Shown piece after piece: positions 7,986 to 17,701 of a stretch of DNA of 64,000 nucleotides. The notes below the pieces were generated by a model, which saw only the letters and a program-made list of their open reading frames with translations, was not told the DNA's origin and made no database searches. Both the position numbers and the translations under genes were made by a program. The stretch comes from an uncultured Odoribacter sp. (lineage in GTDB: Bacteria; Bacteroidota; Bacteroidia; Bacteroidales; Marinifilaceae). Each line of letters opens with the position of its first letter. Within the stretch, counting starts at the first letter, position 1. Location of the stretch: NCBI GenBank assembly GCA_902461525.1, contig CABPYD010000001.1:246835-310834 (forward strand). Reading direction: 5' to 3'.

Positions 7986-10142
7986 ATGGAATTGACTGTG
8001 TGGAAAAAGTATGCGGTTTTGTTTATTTGTTTGTTCATGGGAGGACAGTGGACATGGGCGAATGAGTATGTATATGTGTCTGCCGGGGGAGATGATGCCG
8101 GAGATGGAAGCCGGGTATCGCCTTATTATTCTCTGAACCGGGCTGTAGAAGGGCGGTTGGCAGGTAAGGGACCAACAGATACTTTGTTTGTTATAGTGGC
8201 TTCGGGGGATTATCAGATGGACAGGCCTTTTATGCTTGACGGGAAGGTTGTGCGGCCGATTGTGATTTGTGGGCAGGGACCGGAGAAGCCCCGTTTACTG
8301 GGAGGGATACCGGTGAAAGGTTGGCAGCAGTGCGGGGATCGGCTTTTCCGGGCTTATGTGCCTGAGGTTCTTTCCCGGAATTTTCGTTTTGAGCAGTTTT
8401 ATGTCAATGGACGACGGGCGACATTGGCGCGGACTCCCAATAGCGGTTGGTATGAAGTGTGCGGTATGAAGGAACAGGCCTTTGTAAAAGGAATCCGGGC
8501 TGCCGATTATGCCGTGCAGCGGATTGATTTTAATCCGTCTGACTGGACCTCTTTGCAGGGGCTTCAGGCTGCAGAGCTGGCAAACCTGAAATTTCGGTTT
8601 TACCATAAATGGGACATTACTCAGAAGCGTGCCGATTATGTGGCACCGGATTCGGCCTTTATTTACATGCAGGGAAAAGGGATGAAACCCTGGAATCCGG
8701 TCAGGAAGGGAAGCCGTTATGTGATGTATGATTATGCCGGAGGATTGGATGCTCCCGGCGAGTGGTATTTGGATCGTACGAACGGGTATTTATACTATAT
8801 GCCTCGTGAAGGTGAGGAGATGGAAACAGCCGAATGTATTGTCCCGGGTTTGAGACAATGGATTGTGTTCAAAGGAGAAAAAGGGTGGTTATTAAAAAAT
8901 ATACGGCTTGAAAATCTTTCGTTTCAGTATACTTCTTATGTGATGCCCGATAAAGGTGAGGAGCCTATGCAGGCATCTGCTGCGACAGAAGCTGCTATGC
9001 AGTTTGAATTTACAGAAAATGTTGTTTTGAAGGATTGTGAGTTACTCCATACGGGAGGTTATGCAGTTTGGTGGAAAAGAGGTTGCCGGGACAACCGGGT
9101 GGAACATTGTTATCTGTTTGATCTGGGAGCAGGAGGGATTAAAATCGGGGAACCCTGGTTTCCTGCGGATGATGCTTTGGTGAGCCGGAGAAATGTAATC
9201 GACAATAATATTATTACTCATGCAGGTTGTGAATTGCCTTGCGGAGTGGGGGTCGCTATTTTTCATGCCAGTGATAATCGGGTAACCCATAATGAAATCT
9301 CGGATCTTCGTTATTCCGGTGTTTCTATTGGATGGGTATGGGGCTATAATCAATCATCGGCTTTGTGGACGACGGCTGTGGACAGTTGTGGGAAGGTGAC
9401 CGATTTACAGATGAAATTGGTTAGTCCGGCAGTTCGTAATGCTGTGGAGTATAATCATATTCATCATGTCGGTTGGGGGGAATTGTCGGATATGGGAGCT
9501 GTATACACCCTGGGGGAATCTCCTGGAACAAAGGTATCGCATAATGTGATCCATGATGTGGTTTCCTATGATTATGGAGGCTGGGGATTGTATACCGATG
9601 AAGGGTCTACCGGTGTTGAGATGACTCATAATTTGGTATATCGTTGTAAGAGCGGCGGATTTCACCAGCATTACGGCAAAGAAAATAAGATTGAGCATAA
9701 TATTTTTGCTTTCGGACATTATTACCAGTTGCAATATTCCCGGGTAGAACCCCATGTCTCTTTTAGTTTCAGGCACAATATTATTTTGCAGGATCGGGGG
9801 GAGACGCTGGCAGGACCGTGGAATAAAGGCCGGTTGAATATGGATTATAATCTGTATTGGCATCTGAATGGTGTGCCCCGTTTTGGAAAGCTTACCCCGG
9901 AAGAATGGAAAAAACAAAAAGAACCGCATGCTGTGATTGCCGATCCTTTGTTCCGGGATGCCCAAGCCGGAGATTTCCATTTTGTCTCGAAAAAAAATAT
10001 CCGTAAGATTGGTTTCGAGTCTTTTGATTATACCAGGGCCGGGGTGTACGGTTCGGATGAATGGGTGGAAAAAGCCCGTTTGGCTTCTTCGGTGGAGGAA
10101 GCTTTCCGGCAGGCGGCTTTGAAGGTAATGATGAAACGGTGA
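7986..10142 (+). CDS. Right-handed parallel beta-helix repeat protein (pectate-lyase-fold; putative glycoside hydrolase/polysaccharide lyase), secreted
   Basis: The ORF opens at a GTG (7962). The first ATG at 7986 gives the signal peptide MELTVWKKYAVLFICLFMGGQWTWA. Parallel-beta-helix repeat strings include 'NNIITHAGCELPCGVGVAIFHASDNRVTHNEISDLRYSGVSIGWVWGY'. Confidence 0.55.
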   Translation: MELTVWKKYAVLFICLFMGGQWTWANEYVYVSAGGDDAGDGSRVSPYYSLNRAVEGRLAGKGPTDTLFVIVASGDYQMDRPFMLDGKVVRPIVICGQGPEKPRLLGGIPVKGWQQCGDRLFRAYVPEVLSRNFRFEQFYVNGRRATLARTPNSGWYEVCGMKEQAFVKGIRAADYAVQRIDFNPSDWTSLQGLQAAELANLKFRFYHKWDITQKRADYVAPDSAFIYMQGKGMKPWNPVRKGSRYVMYDYAGGLDAPGEWYLDRTNGYLYYMPREGEEMETAECIVPGLRQWIVFKGEKGWLLKNIRLENLSFQYTSYVMPDKGEEPMQASAATEAAMQFEFTENVVLKDCELLHTGGYAVWWKRGCRDNRVEHCYLFDLGAGGIKIGEPWFPADDALVSRRNVIDNNIITHAGCELPCGVGVAIFHASDNRVTHNEISDLRYSGVSIGWVWGYNQSSALWTTAVDSCGKVTDLQMKLVSPAVRNAVEYNHIHHVGWGELSDMGAVYTLGESPGTKVSHNVIHDVVSYDYGGWGLYTDEGSTGVEMTHNLVYRCKSGGFHQHYGKENKIEHNIFAFGHYYQLQYSRVEPHVSFSFRHNIILQDRGETLAGPWNKGRLNMDYNLYWHLNGVPRFGKLTPEEWKKQKEPHAVIADPLFRDAQAGDFHFVSKKNIRKIGFESFDYTRAGVYGSDEWVEKARLASSVEEAFRQAALKVMMKR

Positions 10143-10188
10143 AGGATGGGGAAAGGGATGGATTGAATAATTGAATTGGTTTAAAAAA

Positions 10189-11685
10189 ATGAAATTTACA
10201 ACGGCTTCTTTCACACTGATGACACTGGGAATGATTCCTGCTTTGGGGATACAGGCCAGGGAGAAAAGTGAGAAGAAAAATGTACTTTTTATCTGTATTG
10301 ACGATTTCCGGACAGAGTTGGGGTGTTATGGCAGTAAACGGGCGATAACACCTAATCTGGATCGTTTTGCAGAGCAGGCTACTGTGTTCACCCGTCATTA
10401 TGTACAAGTGCCTACCAGCGGGGCTTCGCGCTGTTCTATGCTTACGGGGCTCAATCCGACGGTCCGCAGGGATATTGCCAACGAGGCGATTGCATATCGT
10501 TTGACTGGTCAACCAGAAACGGAGAGACCGGAAAGTTTTGTTCATCTTTTGCGTCGGAATGGGTACTATACTGTTGGGATCGGGAAAATCGGACATTCGG
10601 CGGATGGATATAGTTATGCCTATGGAGCTCCAAAAAGTGATGTCCCTGAAATGCCTTATAGCTGGAATGAATTTCTTTTTGATCCGGGGCAGTGGGAAAC
10701 CGGTTGGAATGCATTTTTCGGATATGCGGATGGAAATAACCGGAACACCCTTAAAGGTCAGGTGAAGCCCTATGAGTGTGCTCCGGTGGGCGATCAGGGA
10801 TATCCTGACGGACTGACAGCGGAGCTGGCTGTGAAGAAAATAAGAGAACTCGCCGGGACAGATCAGCCGTTTTTTCTGGGAGTAGGTTTTTTTAAGCCTC
10901 ATTTGCCTTTCAACGCTCCTGAAAAATATTGGGATTTGTATGACGAAGCACAAATTCCGTTGACAAAATATGATTTTATTCCGGATCAGGTGAATAAAGC
11001 CAGTCTGCATAATAGTCATGAGATAAAACAATATAAACTGGGGGATGAGGATGCTACACTTGAGCGTCCGGTGTCGGCGGCATACGCCCGGAAGCTGGTA
11101 CATGCTTATCTGGCTTGTGTCAGCTATGTGGATGCACAGGTGGGGAAAGTGCTTCAGGCATTAGAAGATGCTGACCTGGCAGAGAATACGGTCGTGGTGA
11201 TCTGGGGAGATCATGGCTGGCATCTGGGAGAACAGCGGGTGTGGGGAAAACACACCATCTTTGAAGTAGCTTTGAATAGTGCTTTTATGGTGCGATTACC
11301 GGAACAACGGAAGGGACAGATATGTGAACGGGTAGTGAGTTCAACGGATATTTATCCTACCCTCGTTGAGTTATGTCAGGTAGAAACAGACGATCCTCTC
11401 GATGGACATAGTTTATGTCCTTTGTTCAAAAAGAAAAATACCCGGAAGTGGCAGGATGTTGCTTATAGTTATTTCAATAACGGAGTGACAGTCCGTACGT
11501 CCCGTTACCGGTTGACCCGTTACTATCGGAAGGCACAGCCAACGGTGGAATTGTATGATTACAAAGATGATCCTTATGAAGTCCGGAATATTGCTGCGGA
11601 ACGGCCTGATTTGGTGAAGGAATTGATGCCATGGCTGGAAAAGGGGGATACGGGTCTGTTTCAAGCAAAAGAAAATGGAAAATGA
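10189..11685 (+). CDS. Sulfatase (alkaline-phosphatase superfamily, S1 family, Ser-type), secreted
   Basis: The ORF opens at a TTG (10171). The ATG at 10189 gives MKFTTASFTLMTLGMIPALGIQA. 'KNVLFICIDDFRTELGCYGS' and 'PTSGASRCSMLTG' fit the sulfatase signature (C/S)-x-(P/A)-x-R-x3-LL-TG with Ser at the formylglycine position and Ala instead of Pro. 'VVIWGDHGWHLGE' is the typical sulfatase C-proximal motif. Confidence 0.75.
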   Translation: MKFTTASFTLMTLGMIPALGIQAREKSEKKNVLFICIDDFRTELGCYGSKRAITPNLDRFAEQATVFTRHYVQVPTSGASRCSMLTGLNPTVRRDIANEAIAYRLTGQPETERPESFVHLLRRNGYYTVGIGKIGHSADGYSYAYGAPKSDVPEMPYSWNEFLFDPGQWETGWNAFFGYADGNNRNTLKGQVKPYECAPVGDQGYPDGLTAELAVKKIRELAGTDQPFFLGVGFFKPHLPFNAPEKYWDLYDEAQIPLTKYDFIPDQVNKASLHNSHEIKQYKLGDEDATLERPVSAAYARKLVHAYLACVSYVDAQVGKVLQALEDADLAENTVVVIWGDHGWHLGEQRVWGKHTIFEVALNSAFMVRLPEQRKGQICERVVSSTDIYPTLVELCQVETDDPLDGHSLCPLFKKKNTRKWQDVAYSYFNNGVTVRTSRYRLTRYYRKAQPTVELYDYKDDPYEVRNIAAERPDLVKELMPWLEKGDTGLFQAKENGK

Positions 11686-11755
11686 ATCTGAAAATAGTAA
11701 GTATGTTTAAATTCTAATTGCAACTGATTTATAACCAATATTAAAAAACAACGAA

Positions 11756-12097
11756 ATGAAAAAATTAACTTTTACCGGGATTGTATTTATGATTTGTATG
11801 GGGTGTCAGACAGAGCAGCCCTCATTGATTGGTAATTGGGTGCAACCTATTCCCGGACAGCAGGGAGAACAGGGCATTCGGCTTGATAAGGACGGGGTGG
11901 CTTCGTCCATCAATATGCATACTTTAGTGTATAAGACCTGGGAACAACAGGACAACCGGCTGATATTGGGTGGTGAAAGCGTTGGTAACCATGTAAGCAC
12001 TACATTTTCAGATACCTTGGTGATCCGGAAATTAACCAATGATACGTTGGTGTTGAGCAGGGGAAGCTGGAAAAATACTTATATCCGTAAAAAATAA
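11756..12097 (+). CDS. Small lipoprotein, lipocalin-like fold (hypothetical)
   Basis: An ATG at 11756 opens the lipoprotein signal MKKLTFTGIVFMICMGC. The protein is 113 aa with no catalytic motif, and the fold call is weak. Confidence 0.35.
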   Translation: MKKLTFTGIVFMICMGCQTEQPSLIGNWVQPIPGQQGEQGIRLDKDGVASSINMHTLVYKTWEQQDNRLILGGESVGNHVSTTFSDTLVIRKLTNDTLVLSRGSWKNTYIRKK

Positions 12098-12121
12098 TAC
12101 AGTGTTGTGATACGACGATTT

Positions 12122-14887
12122 ATGAAAAATATTCTTTTTTTCCTGTTAAGCTTTTGTTTGATGGGAGAAGTTTTGGCACAGCAGTTGCCTGAAAAGTATT
12201 TTTACCATCCGGAACGCATTCGTTATGATGGAGATTGTTTTACCATTGAGGGAGAAGATATTTTTATTCTGAGTGCAGCTTTTCATTATTTCCGGGTTCC
12301 TCAGGAATTGTGGCGCGATCGTTTCCGGAAGATTCAGGAAGCGGGTTTCAATACAGTGGAAACTTATGTGCCGTGGAATTGGCATGAACGGAATATGCCG
12401 AAGGGATTGAAGGATTTTTCGCAGTGTAATTTTGATGATCTCCGGGCTTGGTTGAAAATGGCGCATGAAGAATTCGGATTGTATACGATTGTGCGTCCCG
12501 GACCGTTTATTTGTGCAGAGTGGGCAGGCGGAGCTCATCCCCGTTGGTTGGGAAAGTTCTGTCCTGAAAAATATGAAACCAGTTTTTGGTTGCGTAGCAA
12601 CCATCCTGACTATCTGAAATGGATCGGGCATTGGTATGATGCGGTAAGTCCTGTTTTTGCAGAGGAACAATTGTGTCGTAAAGAACCGGGGGAGAAGGGA
12701 ATTATCATGGTGCAGCTCGAAAATGAATATGTGTATTTCGGAATGGAAGGTGAAAAGAAAATTGAGGTATTGAAATGCCTGGCCGGGCATTGTTTGAAAA
12801 ACGGAATCGAGGTGCCTTTGTTTACTTGTGTGACTCCGGAGGTTCGGGGTTCGCAGGATCCCCTGATCAGTCAGCTGTTCGATATGGACAATCAATATGT
12901 ATGGTGGAATATTCATGAGGCTAAGATGAGATTGGAGGACCTGAAACGGCAGCAACCCAATGCTCCGGCTTTTGTATGTGAGTTACAGGGAGGTTGGTTT
13001 TCTACTGTTGGCGGAGGATTGAGTGAGGATTATCATCTGGATGGCCGTCATGCCCGGGGGATGGCATTGATGGGGATAGCCGGGGGGGGTACCGGACTTA
13101 ACTATTATATGTTTTTTGGAGGTACTCATTTGGCCGGTTGGGGAGCACGCCGGATGACAACGACTTATGATTACGGGGCGCCTTTGAAGGAAAGCGGTGG
13201 GGTAGGCGAAAAATATGCGGCTGTGAAAGGGATTGGTGAATTTGTCGGAAAGTATGGAAAGCAGTTGGTGCGAAGTAAAGCTGTTGAGTTTAAGACGGTT
13301 GTTAACCCGGAGAAACTGACGGTGGCTGTCAGACGTGCTACCGATGGAACTTGGTTTCTTTTTTTTCATAACTGCGACCGAAAATTACCTTTCCGTGAAA
13401 ATGTGGTGTTGAAAACAGTTACCGGGGAGGTATTCCATGCGTATTGTTCGCTGGATCCTTCGGATAGTCGGGTGTTGGTGGTGAAGAATGACAAATCACA
13501 GGGTGTGTGGTGGCCCAAAGAACAGGCTTTACCGCAACGTCCGACCAATATGCCCGAACCGATCCGGATTGCCCGGGTGGAAACACGACCGGAAATTTAC
13601 AACGCAAAATGGAAAAAATTGTCAAACGGGCGTTCGTTACCCGAATTGGGAGTGAATGATTGTCGGTATTCTATGTATCGGAGTACCGTGAAATTGACTT
13701 CGCAGGAGGCAGACCGGTTTGGTTCATTGGTTTGCGAGATGTTTACAGGCGATCCGTTGTATCTGGAAGTCAATGGCAAGGTTGCGGAACGGGCATCTTC
13801 GGATGAATTGGATAATACTTTTGTGCTGGATGGATTACTGCAGCCGGGAATGAACCAATTTACAGCCATTTACGAGAACCAGGGACATGCTCATGGGTAT
13901 CGGCCAATGGAGGAATTGAGCGGAATGAAATCAGCCGGACTCGGAAAGAAACAGACGGCTATTCTACCGGTGGAGGATTGGGATGTGAAGGAGATCATTG
14001 GTAAGGATTATGATGTTCGTCAGCTATTGGCTTCGCAGGAAGGATGGGAAAAGATCAGGTTGAATCAGAAGACGATAGCCGATTTAGCTACTTTGCAGAT
14101 AGCCGGATTGCAAAAACCGGAATGGCCGGCAGCCTGGGTATTACAAAATAAAACCGGAAAGGCGGTGTATCGTACTACATTGGAGTATACGCCTGGGATG
14201 ATAACTGATGAACGGACCTTGTTAGAATTTGGTTGTGTGGATGATGAGGGAACGCTTTGGGTGAACGGAAAAGAGGTGGCAACGCACAATTCCTGGGAGA
14301 CTCCTTTCCGGGTGAATCTGGCACGCTATATCCGTTCCGGAAAGAATGAAATAGCCATTGTCGTGACGAACAACAGTGGTAACGGAGGATTGTTGAAAGG
14401 TGTACGTTTGTTGCGGGACCTGAAGGTGGTAAAACCCTTGAAATGGGAAGTAGCTTTGGATCTTGGTGGGGTGGAAAATGGTTACTGTCTTCCCGGTTTA
14501 TCTCAGGAAGGTTGGCAGAACATATCCCTTGATACGACAAAATCGTTGAAACGTAAGGGAAATAATATTCAGCCCAGGGGAGAAAGAAACGGACTCCTGA
14601 CATGGTATCGGGTGACATTCGATTTGCCGGTTGCAACTCCGGACGTGTGGATCCCGTGGAGGGCTATCATCAATGCTTCCGGAAATGGATATATCTGGCT
14701 CAATGGGCATAATATTGGCCGCCATTGGGAAGCGGGACCACAACGTGAATTTTATCTGCCCGAATGTTGGCTGAATTTTGGAGGGAAGAACACTTTGGTA
14801 TTGGGATTACGGCAATCAGAACAATGTGGTGCTTTGCTCGAAGGCGTGGAAATACTTCCTTACTATGAAGATGCAGAAATGCGATAG
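12122..14887 (+). CDS. GH35 beta-galactosidase with C-terminal beta-sandwich/galactose-binding-like domains, secreted
   Basis: The signal peptide is MKNILFFLLSFCLMGEVLAQ. 'FHYFRVPQELWRDRFRKIQEAGFNTVETYVPWNWHE', 'GPFICAEWAGGAHPRWL' and 'VQLENEYV' (acid/base) are GH35 hallmarks. Confidence 0.8.
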   Translation: MKNILFFLLSFCLMGEVLAQQLPEKYFYHPERIRYDGDCFTIEGEDIFILSAAFHYFRVPQELWRDRFRKIQEAGFNTVETYVPWNWHERNMPKGLKDFSQCNFDDLRAWLKMAHEEFGLYTIVRPGPFICAEWAGGAHPRWLGKFCPEKYETSFWLRSNHPDYLKWIGHWYDAVSPVFAEEQLCRKEPGEKGIIMVQLENEYVYFGMEGEKKIEVLKCLAGHCLKNGIEVPLFTCVTPEVRGSQDPLISQLFDMDNQYVWWNIHEAKMRLEDLKRQQPNAPAFVCELQGGWFSTVGGGLSEDYHLDGRHARGMALMGIAGGGTGLNYYMFFGGTHLAGWGARRMTTTYDYGAPLKESGGVGEKYAAVKGIGEFVGKYGKQLVRSKAVEFKTVVNPEKLTVAVRRATDGTWFLFFHNCDRKLPFRENVVLKTVTGEVFHAYCSLDPSDSRVLVVKNDKSQGVWWPKEQALPQRPTNMPEPIRIARVETRPEIYNAKWKKLSNGRSLPELGVNDCRYSMYRSTVKLTSQEADRFGSLVCEMFTGDPLYLEVNGKVAERASSDELDNTFVLDGLLQPGMNQFTAIYENQGHAHGYRPMEELSGMKSAGLGKKQTAILPVEDWDVKEIIGKDYDVRQLLASQEGWEKIRLNQKTIADLATLQIAGLQKPEWPAAWVLQNKTGKAVYRTTLEYTPGMITDERTLLEFGCVDDEGTLWVNGKEVATHNSWETPFRVNLARYIRSGKNEIAIVVTNNSGNGGLLKGVRLLRDLKVVKPLKWEVALDLGGVENGYCLPGLSQEGWQNISLDTTKSLKRKGNNIQPRGERNGLLTWYRVTFDLPVATPDVWIPWRAIINASGNGYIWLNGHNIGRHWEAGPQREFYLPECWLNFGGKNTLVLGLRQSEQCGALLEGVEILPYYEDAEMR

Positions 14888-14914
14888 CACACGGGGACGG
14901 GGCTTTTGTGCTAT
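14884..14914. repeat. Intergenic hairpin repeat copy B, overlapping the GH35 stop codon
   Basis: The sequence atagcacacggggacggggcttttgtgctat is identical to 3736..3766. The TAG stop of the GH35 gene (14885-14887) lies inside the element. Confidence 0.7.
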
Positions 14915-14942
14915 TTGGATTGGTGATATAAAAATTTGCAGA

Positions 14943-16520
14943 ATGAAAACATGGCTTATGATATTATTTCTGGGTGTGGAAAGCATGGTGCTTTCGGCTC
15001 AGAATGCAGGCTGGACGGCTGATAATGGAGACGGGACTTTTACCAATCCCCTGATGTGGGGAGATTGGCCCGACCCTGATGTGATCCGGGTTGGAGATGA
15101 TTTTTATATGGTGTCTACCAGTATGCACTATGTGCCTGGTTGTCCGATTGCCCGTTCGAAAGATTTGGTCAACTGGACTATGGTCGGTTATACGGTGGAA
15201 CGTTATGATGAAGATCCTCGTTATGATATGCAGGGAGGTGAACTTTATCTGAATGGGGCATGGGCAACAACGATTCGGCACCACAACGGGAAGTTCTATG
15301 TAGGATTTTGTACTCCTTATGGTTGGGGGCGGAAGGAGGGTAACTTTTCAATGTGTATTGCGGACCGGGTGGAAGGACCTTGGGAAAGGGTTGTTTTTCC
15401 TGAATATATGTATGATCCCGGGTTGTTGTTTGATGATGACGGGAAAGTGTATGTTGTGCATGGTCAGGGTACTTTGTATGTGACGGAACTCAATGCCGAT
15501 GCCCGTTCGGTGAAGGGGGAAAAGGTGAAAATCTGGTCCGGTGGTTTCAGGAATGCCTATGAATTGGGAGGCGGTTTCGGTATGGAAGGTGCACATGTTT
15601 ACAAGATCAATGGGAAGTACTACATCACTTGTCCGGCAGGAGGTACGGAGGGATGGCAGATTTGTCTTCGGTCGGACCATATTTACGGACCTTACGAACA
15701 CAAGCTGATCATGAACGATAACAGTTCCTATCCTCCTAATGGTTTGCATCAGGGAGGGATGGTACAACTGAAGAATGGGGACTGGTGGTTTATCATTATG
15801 CAGGATCGGGGGCCTATTGGCCGGGTTCCCAATCTGGTTCCGGTGGAATGGCTGGATGGCTGGCCGATGTTGGGTAGGAATGGTAAGGATGTGATTACCT
15901 ATCCGAAACCGGAGATAGGTGGCAAGCTGCATGTCTGTACTCCGGCTACTTCCGATGAATTCAGTAAATCCCGTTTGGGCCTGCAATGGCAATGGAATCA
16001 TAATCCCGACCCGGAACGCTGGTCACTTACGGAGCGGAAAGGTTTTATGCGTCTGAGGGCATCTCAGGCGACGGATTGGCTACGTGCCCGCAATACCTTG
16101 ACCCAGCGTATACAGGGACCTTGCAGCGAGGGATCGGTGGTGATGGAAACCGCTGGACTGAAGGACGGGTGTATAGCTGGATTTGGTATTTTTCAGAAAC
16201 CGTATGCTTATGTCGGTATCCGGCAGACCGACGGGAAGAAAGAACTCATTATGTGTAATAATGGGGAAGTGATTGGAACGCCAAGGGCATTTTCAGGCGA
16301 ACGCATTTGGATCAGAGCCAGGGTGACAGATAAAGATTTTACTGCCCGGTTTTATTATAGTTTGGATGGAGAAACCTATTTTCCTATAGGCAATGTCTTG
16401 AAAATGGGATTAGGATTTCCATGGACTGCCAATCGGTTTGCTTTATTCAATTTCAGTACAACAGCGGAGGGTGTTGACGGTTATGCTGATTTTGATTGGT
16501 TTAAATTTACCGGAAAATGA
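14943..16520 (+). CDS. GH43 family glycoside hydrolase (beta-xylosidase/alpha-L-arabinofuranosidase-type five-bladed propeller + C-terminal beta-sandwich), secreted
   Basis: The first ATG at 14943 (MKTWLMILFLGVESMVLSAQ) is preferred over the ORF extension that overlaps the upstream gene. 'NPLMWGDWPDPDVIRVGDDFYMVSTSMHYVPGCPIARSKDLVNW' is the classic GH43 N-terminal motif. Confidence 0.75.
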   Translation: MKTWLMILFLGVESMVLSAQNAGWTADNGDGTFTNPLMWGDWPDPDVIRVGDDFYMVSTSMHYVPGCPIARSKDLVNWTMVGYTVERYDEDPRYDMQGGELYLNGAWATTIRHHNGKFYVGFCTPYGWGRKEGNFSMCIADRVEGPWERVVFPEYMYDPGLLFDDDGKVYVVHGQGTLYVTELNADARSVKGEKVKIWSGGFRNAYELGGGFGMEGAHVYKINGKYYITCPAGGTEGWQICLRSDHIYGPYEHKLIMNDNSSYPPNGLHQGGMVQLKNGDWWFIIMQDRGPIGRVPNLVPVEWLDGWPMLGRNGKDVITYPKPEIGGKLHVCTPATSDEFSKSRLGLQWQWNHNPDPERWSLTERKGFMRLRASQATDWLRARNTLTQRIQGPCSEGSVVMETAGLKDGCIAGFGIFQKPYAYVGIRQTDGKKELIMCNNGEVIGTPRAFSGERIWIRARVTDKDFTARFYYSLDGETYFPIGNVLKMGLGFPWTANRFALFNFSTTAEGVDGYADFDWFKFTGK

Positions 16521-16578
16521 AACAGGGAGACGGGAGAAATGTTGCATTCCCCTGTTTCCCTTGCTAAATGAATAAGTT

Positions 16579-17667
16579 ATGAGAAGGAGATACTCTTTTT
16601 GTTTGCAGATAGGGCTGTTTTTGATGTTATTCATGGATCTGGCAGTCATGTCGAAAGCTCAACCGGGGATAACTGAGCCCTATTCAGGGATAAAACCCTC
16701 AAAGTTTCAGCGGGGACAAATCAAGCGTCAATATGGAATGTTCATCCATTTTGGAATCAACACTTTCCATAATACGGAATGGTCCGACGGAACTTTACCG
16801 GCGAGTTCGTATGTTCCTCCTGTCATAGATGCCCGGCAATGGGTGGAGACAGCGAAAAAAGCAGGTATGAAATATGTGATTCTGGTGGCTAAGCATCATG
16901 ATGGTTTTTGTCTTTGGGATAGCCGGTATACATCGTATGATGTGGCAGCTTCCGGGAATACGACCAATGTCATTGAGGCTGTAGCTCGGGAATGCAGGAG
17001 GCAAGGGATTCGATTGGGGTTATATTATTCGCTTTGGGACAGAAAAGAGAATGCTGATGTAAATAATCAGGAGGCAGATGCTGCTTATAATGAGTATATG
17101 TTGGGGCAGTTGAATGAGTTAATGGATATTACTTCAAAGTATACACGTGTCGTTGAATTCTGGTTTGATGGCAGTTGGACGAAGCCGGCTTGTCGTTGGC
17201 CCATAGTTGAGATTTACAAGACCATCAAGCAACGGGAACCTCAGTGTCAGATCGGGATAAACTGGAGTATTGGCCAGGATCCTGATCCCCTTGATCCGCA
17301 GTCGCCCCGGAAATCCGTAAATATCAAACCTGCTGATCAGAAGGAGGGTGATCCGATCCGTTATTTCCCCAGCGATTTCCGTTTGGGCGATCCGGAGTTG
17401 CCGGTTGTTCCTGATCCCAAAATTTTTACGCACAAGGGAAAGAAATATTACATGCCTTTTGAAGCGACGGTGTGTATGAGCCGCCGTTGGTTTTATCATA
17501 CGAATGATACCACCTATAAGAGTATGGATGAATTGGTGAAACTTTACAAACGGGCAACGGCCCAGGATAATATCCTGATTCTGAATGTGCCGCCGACCCG
17601 GGACGGAAGAATGCGGACAAAGGATGTTGAAATACTGGTAGAGTTGCGGAAGAGGGTAGGAAAGTAA
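16579..17667 (+). CDS. GH29 alpha-L-fucosidase (short form), secreted
   Basis: 'YGMFIHFGINTF' and 'KHHDGFCLWDSRYTSYD' match the GH29 motifs. A signal peptide is present. Confidence 0.65.
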   Translation: MRRRYSFCLQIGLFLMLFMDLAVMSKAQPGITEPYSGIKPSKFQRGQIKRQYGMFIHFGINTFHNTEWSDGTLPASSYVPPVIDARQWVETAKKAGMKYVILVAKHHDGFCLWDSRYTSYDVAASGNTTNVIEAVARECRRQGIRLGLYYSLWDRKENADVNNQEADAAYNEYMLGQLNELMDITSKYTRVVEFWFDGSWTKPACRWPIVEIYKTIKQREPQCQIGINWSIGQDPDPLDPQSPRKSVNIKPADQKEGDPIRYFPSDFRLGDPELPVVPDPKIFTHKGKKYYMPFEATVCMSRRWFYHTNDTTYKSMDELVKLYKRATAQDNILILNVPPTRDGRMRTKDVEILVELRKRVGK

Positions 17668-17701
17668 AAAAAAGAGGAGTGAACATTTGAATGTGAAAAA
17701 A

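Noticed and set aside
9892-11103. 403-aa minus-strand ORF spanning the beta-helix/sulfatase junction
   Set aside because: It is antisense to two plus-strand genes with strong family motifs. Its composition is low-complexity (Ile/Phe/Arg-rich) and it has no recognisable domain. It is a mirror-frame artefact.
12146-12955. 269-aa minus-strand ORF inside the first GH35 gene
   Set aside because: It is antisense to a high-confidence GH35 CDS.
14778-14942. N-terminal extension of the GH43 ORF overlapping the GH35 3' end
   Set aside because: The extension has no signal peptide and overlaps the upstream CDS and the hairpin repeat. The ATG at 14943 gives a proper signal peptide.
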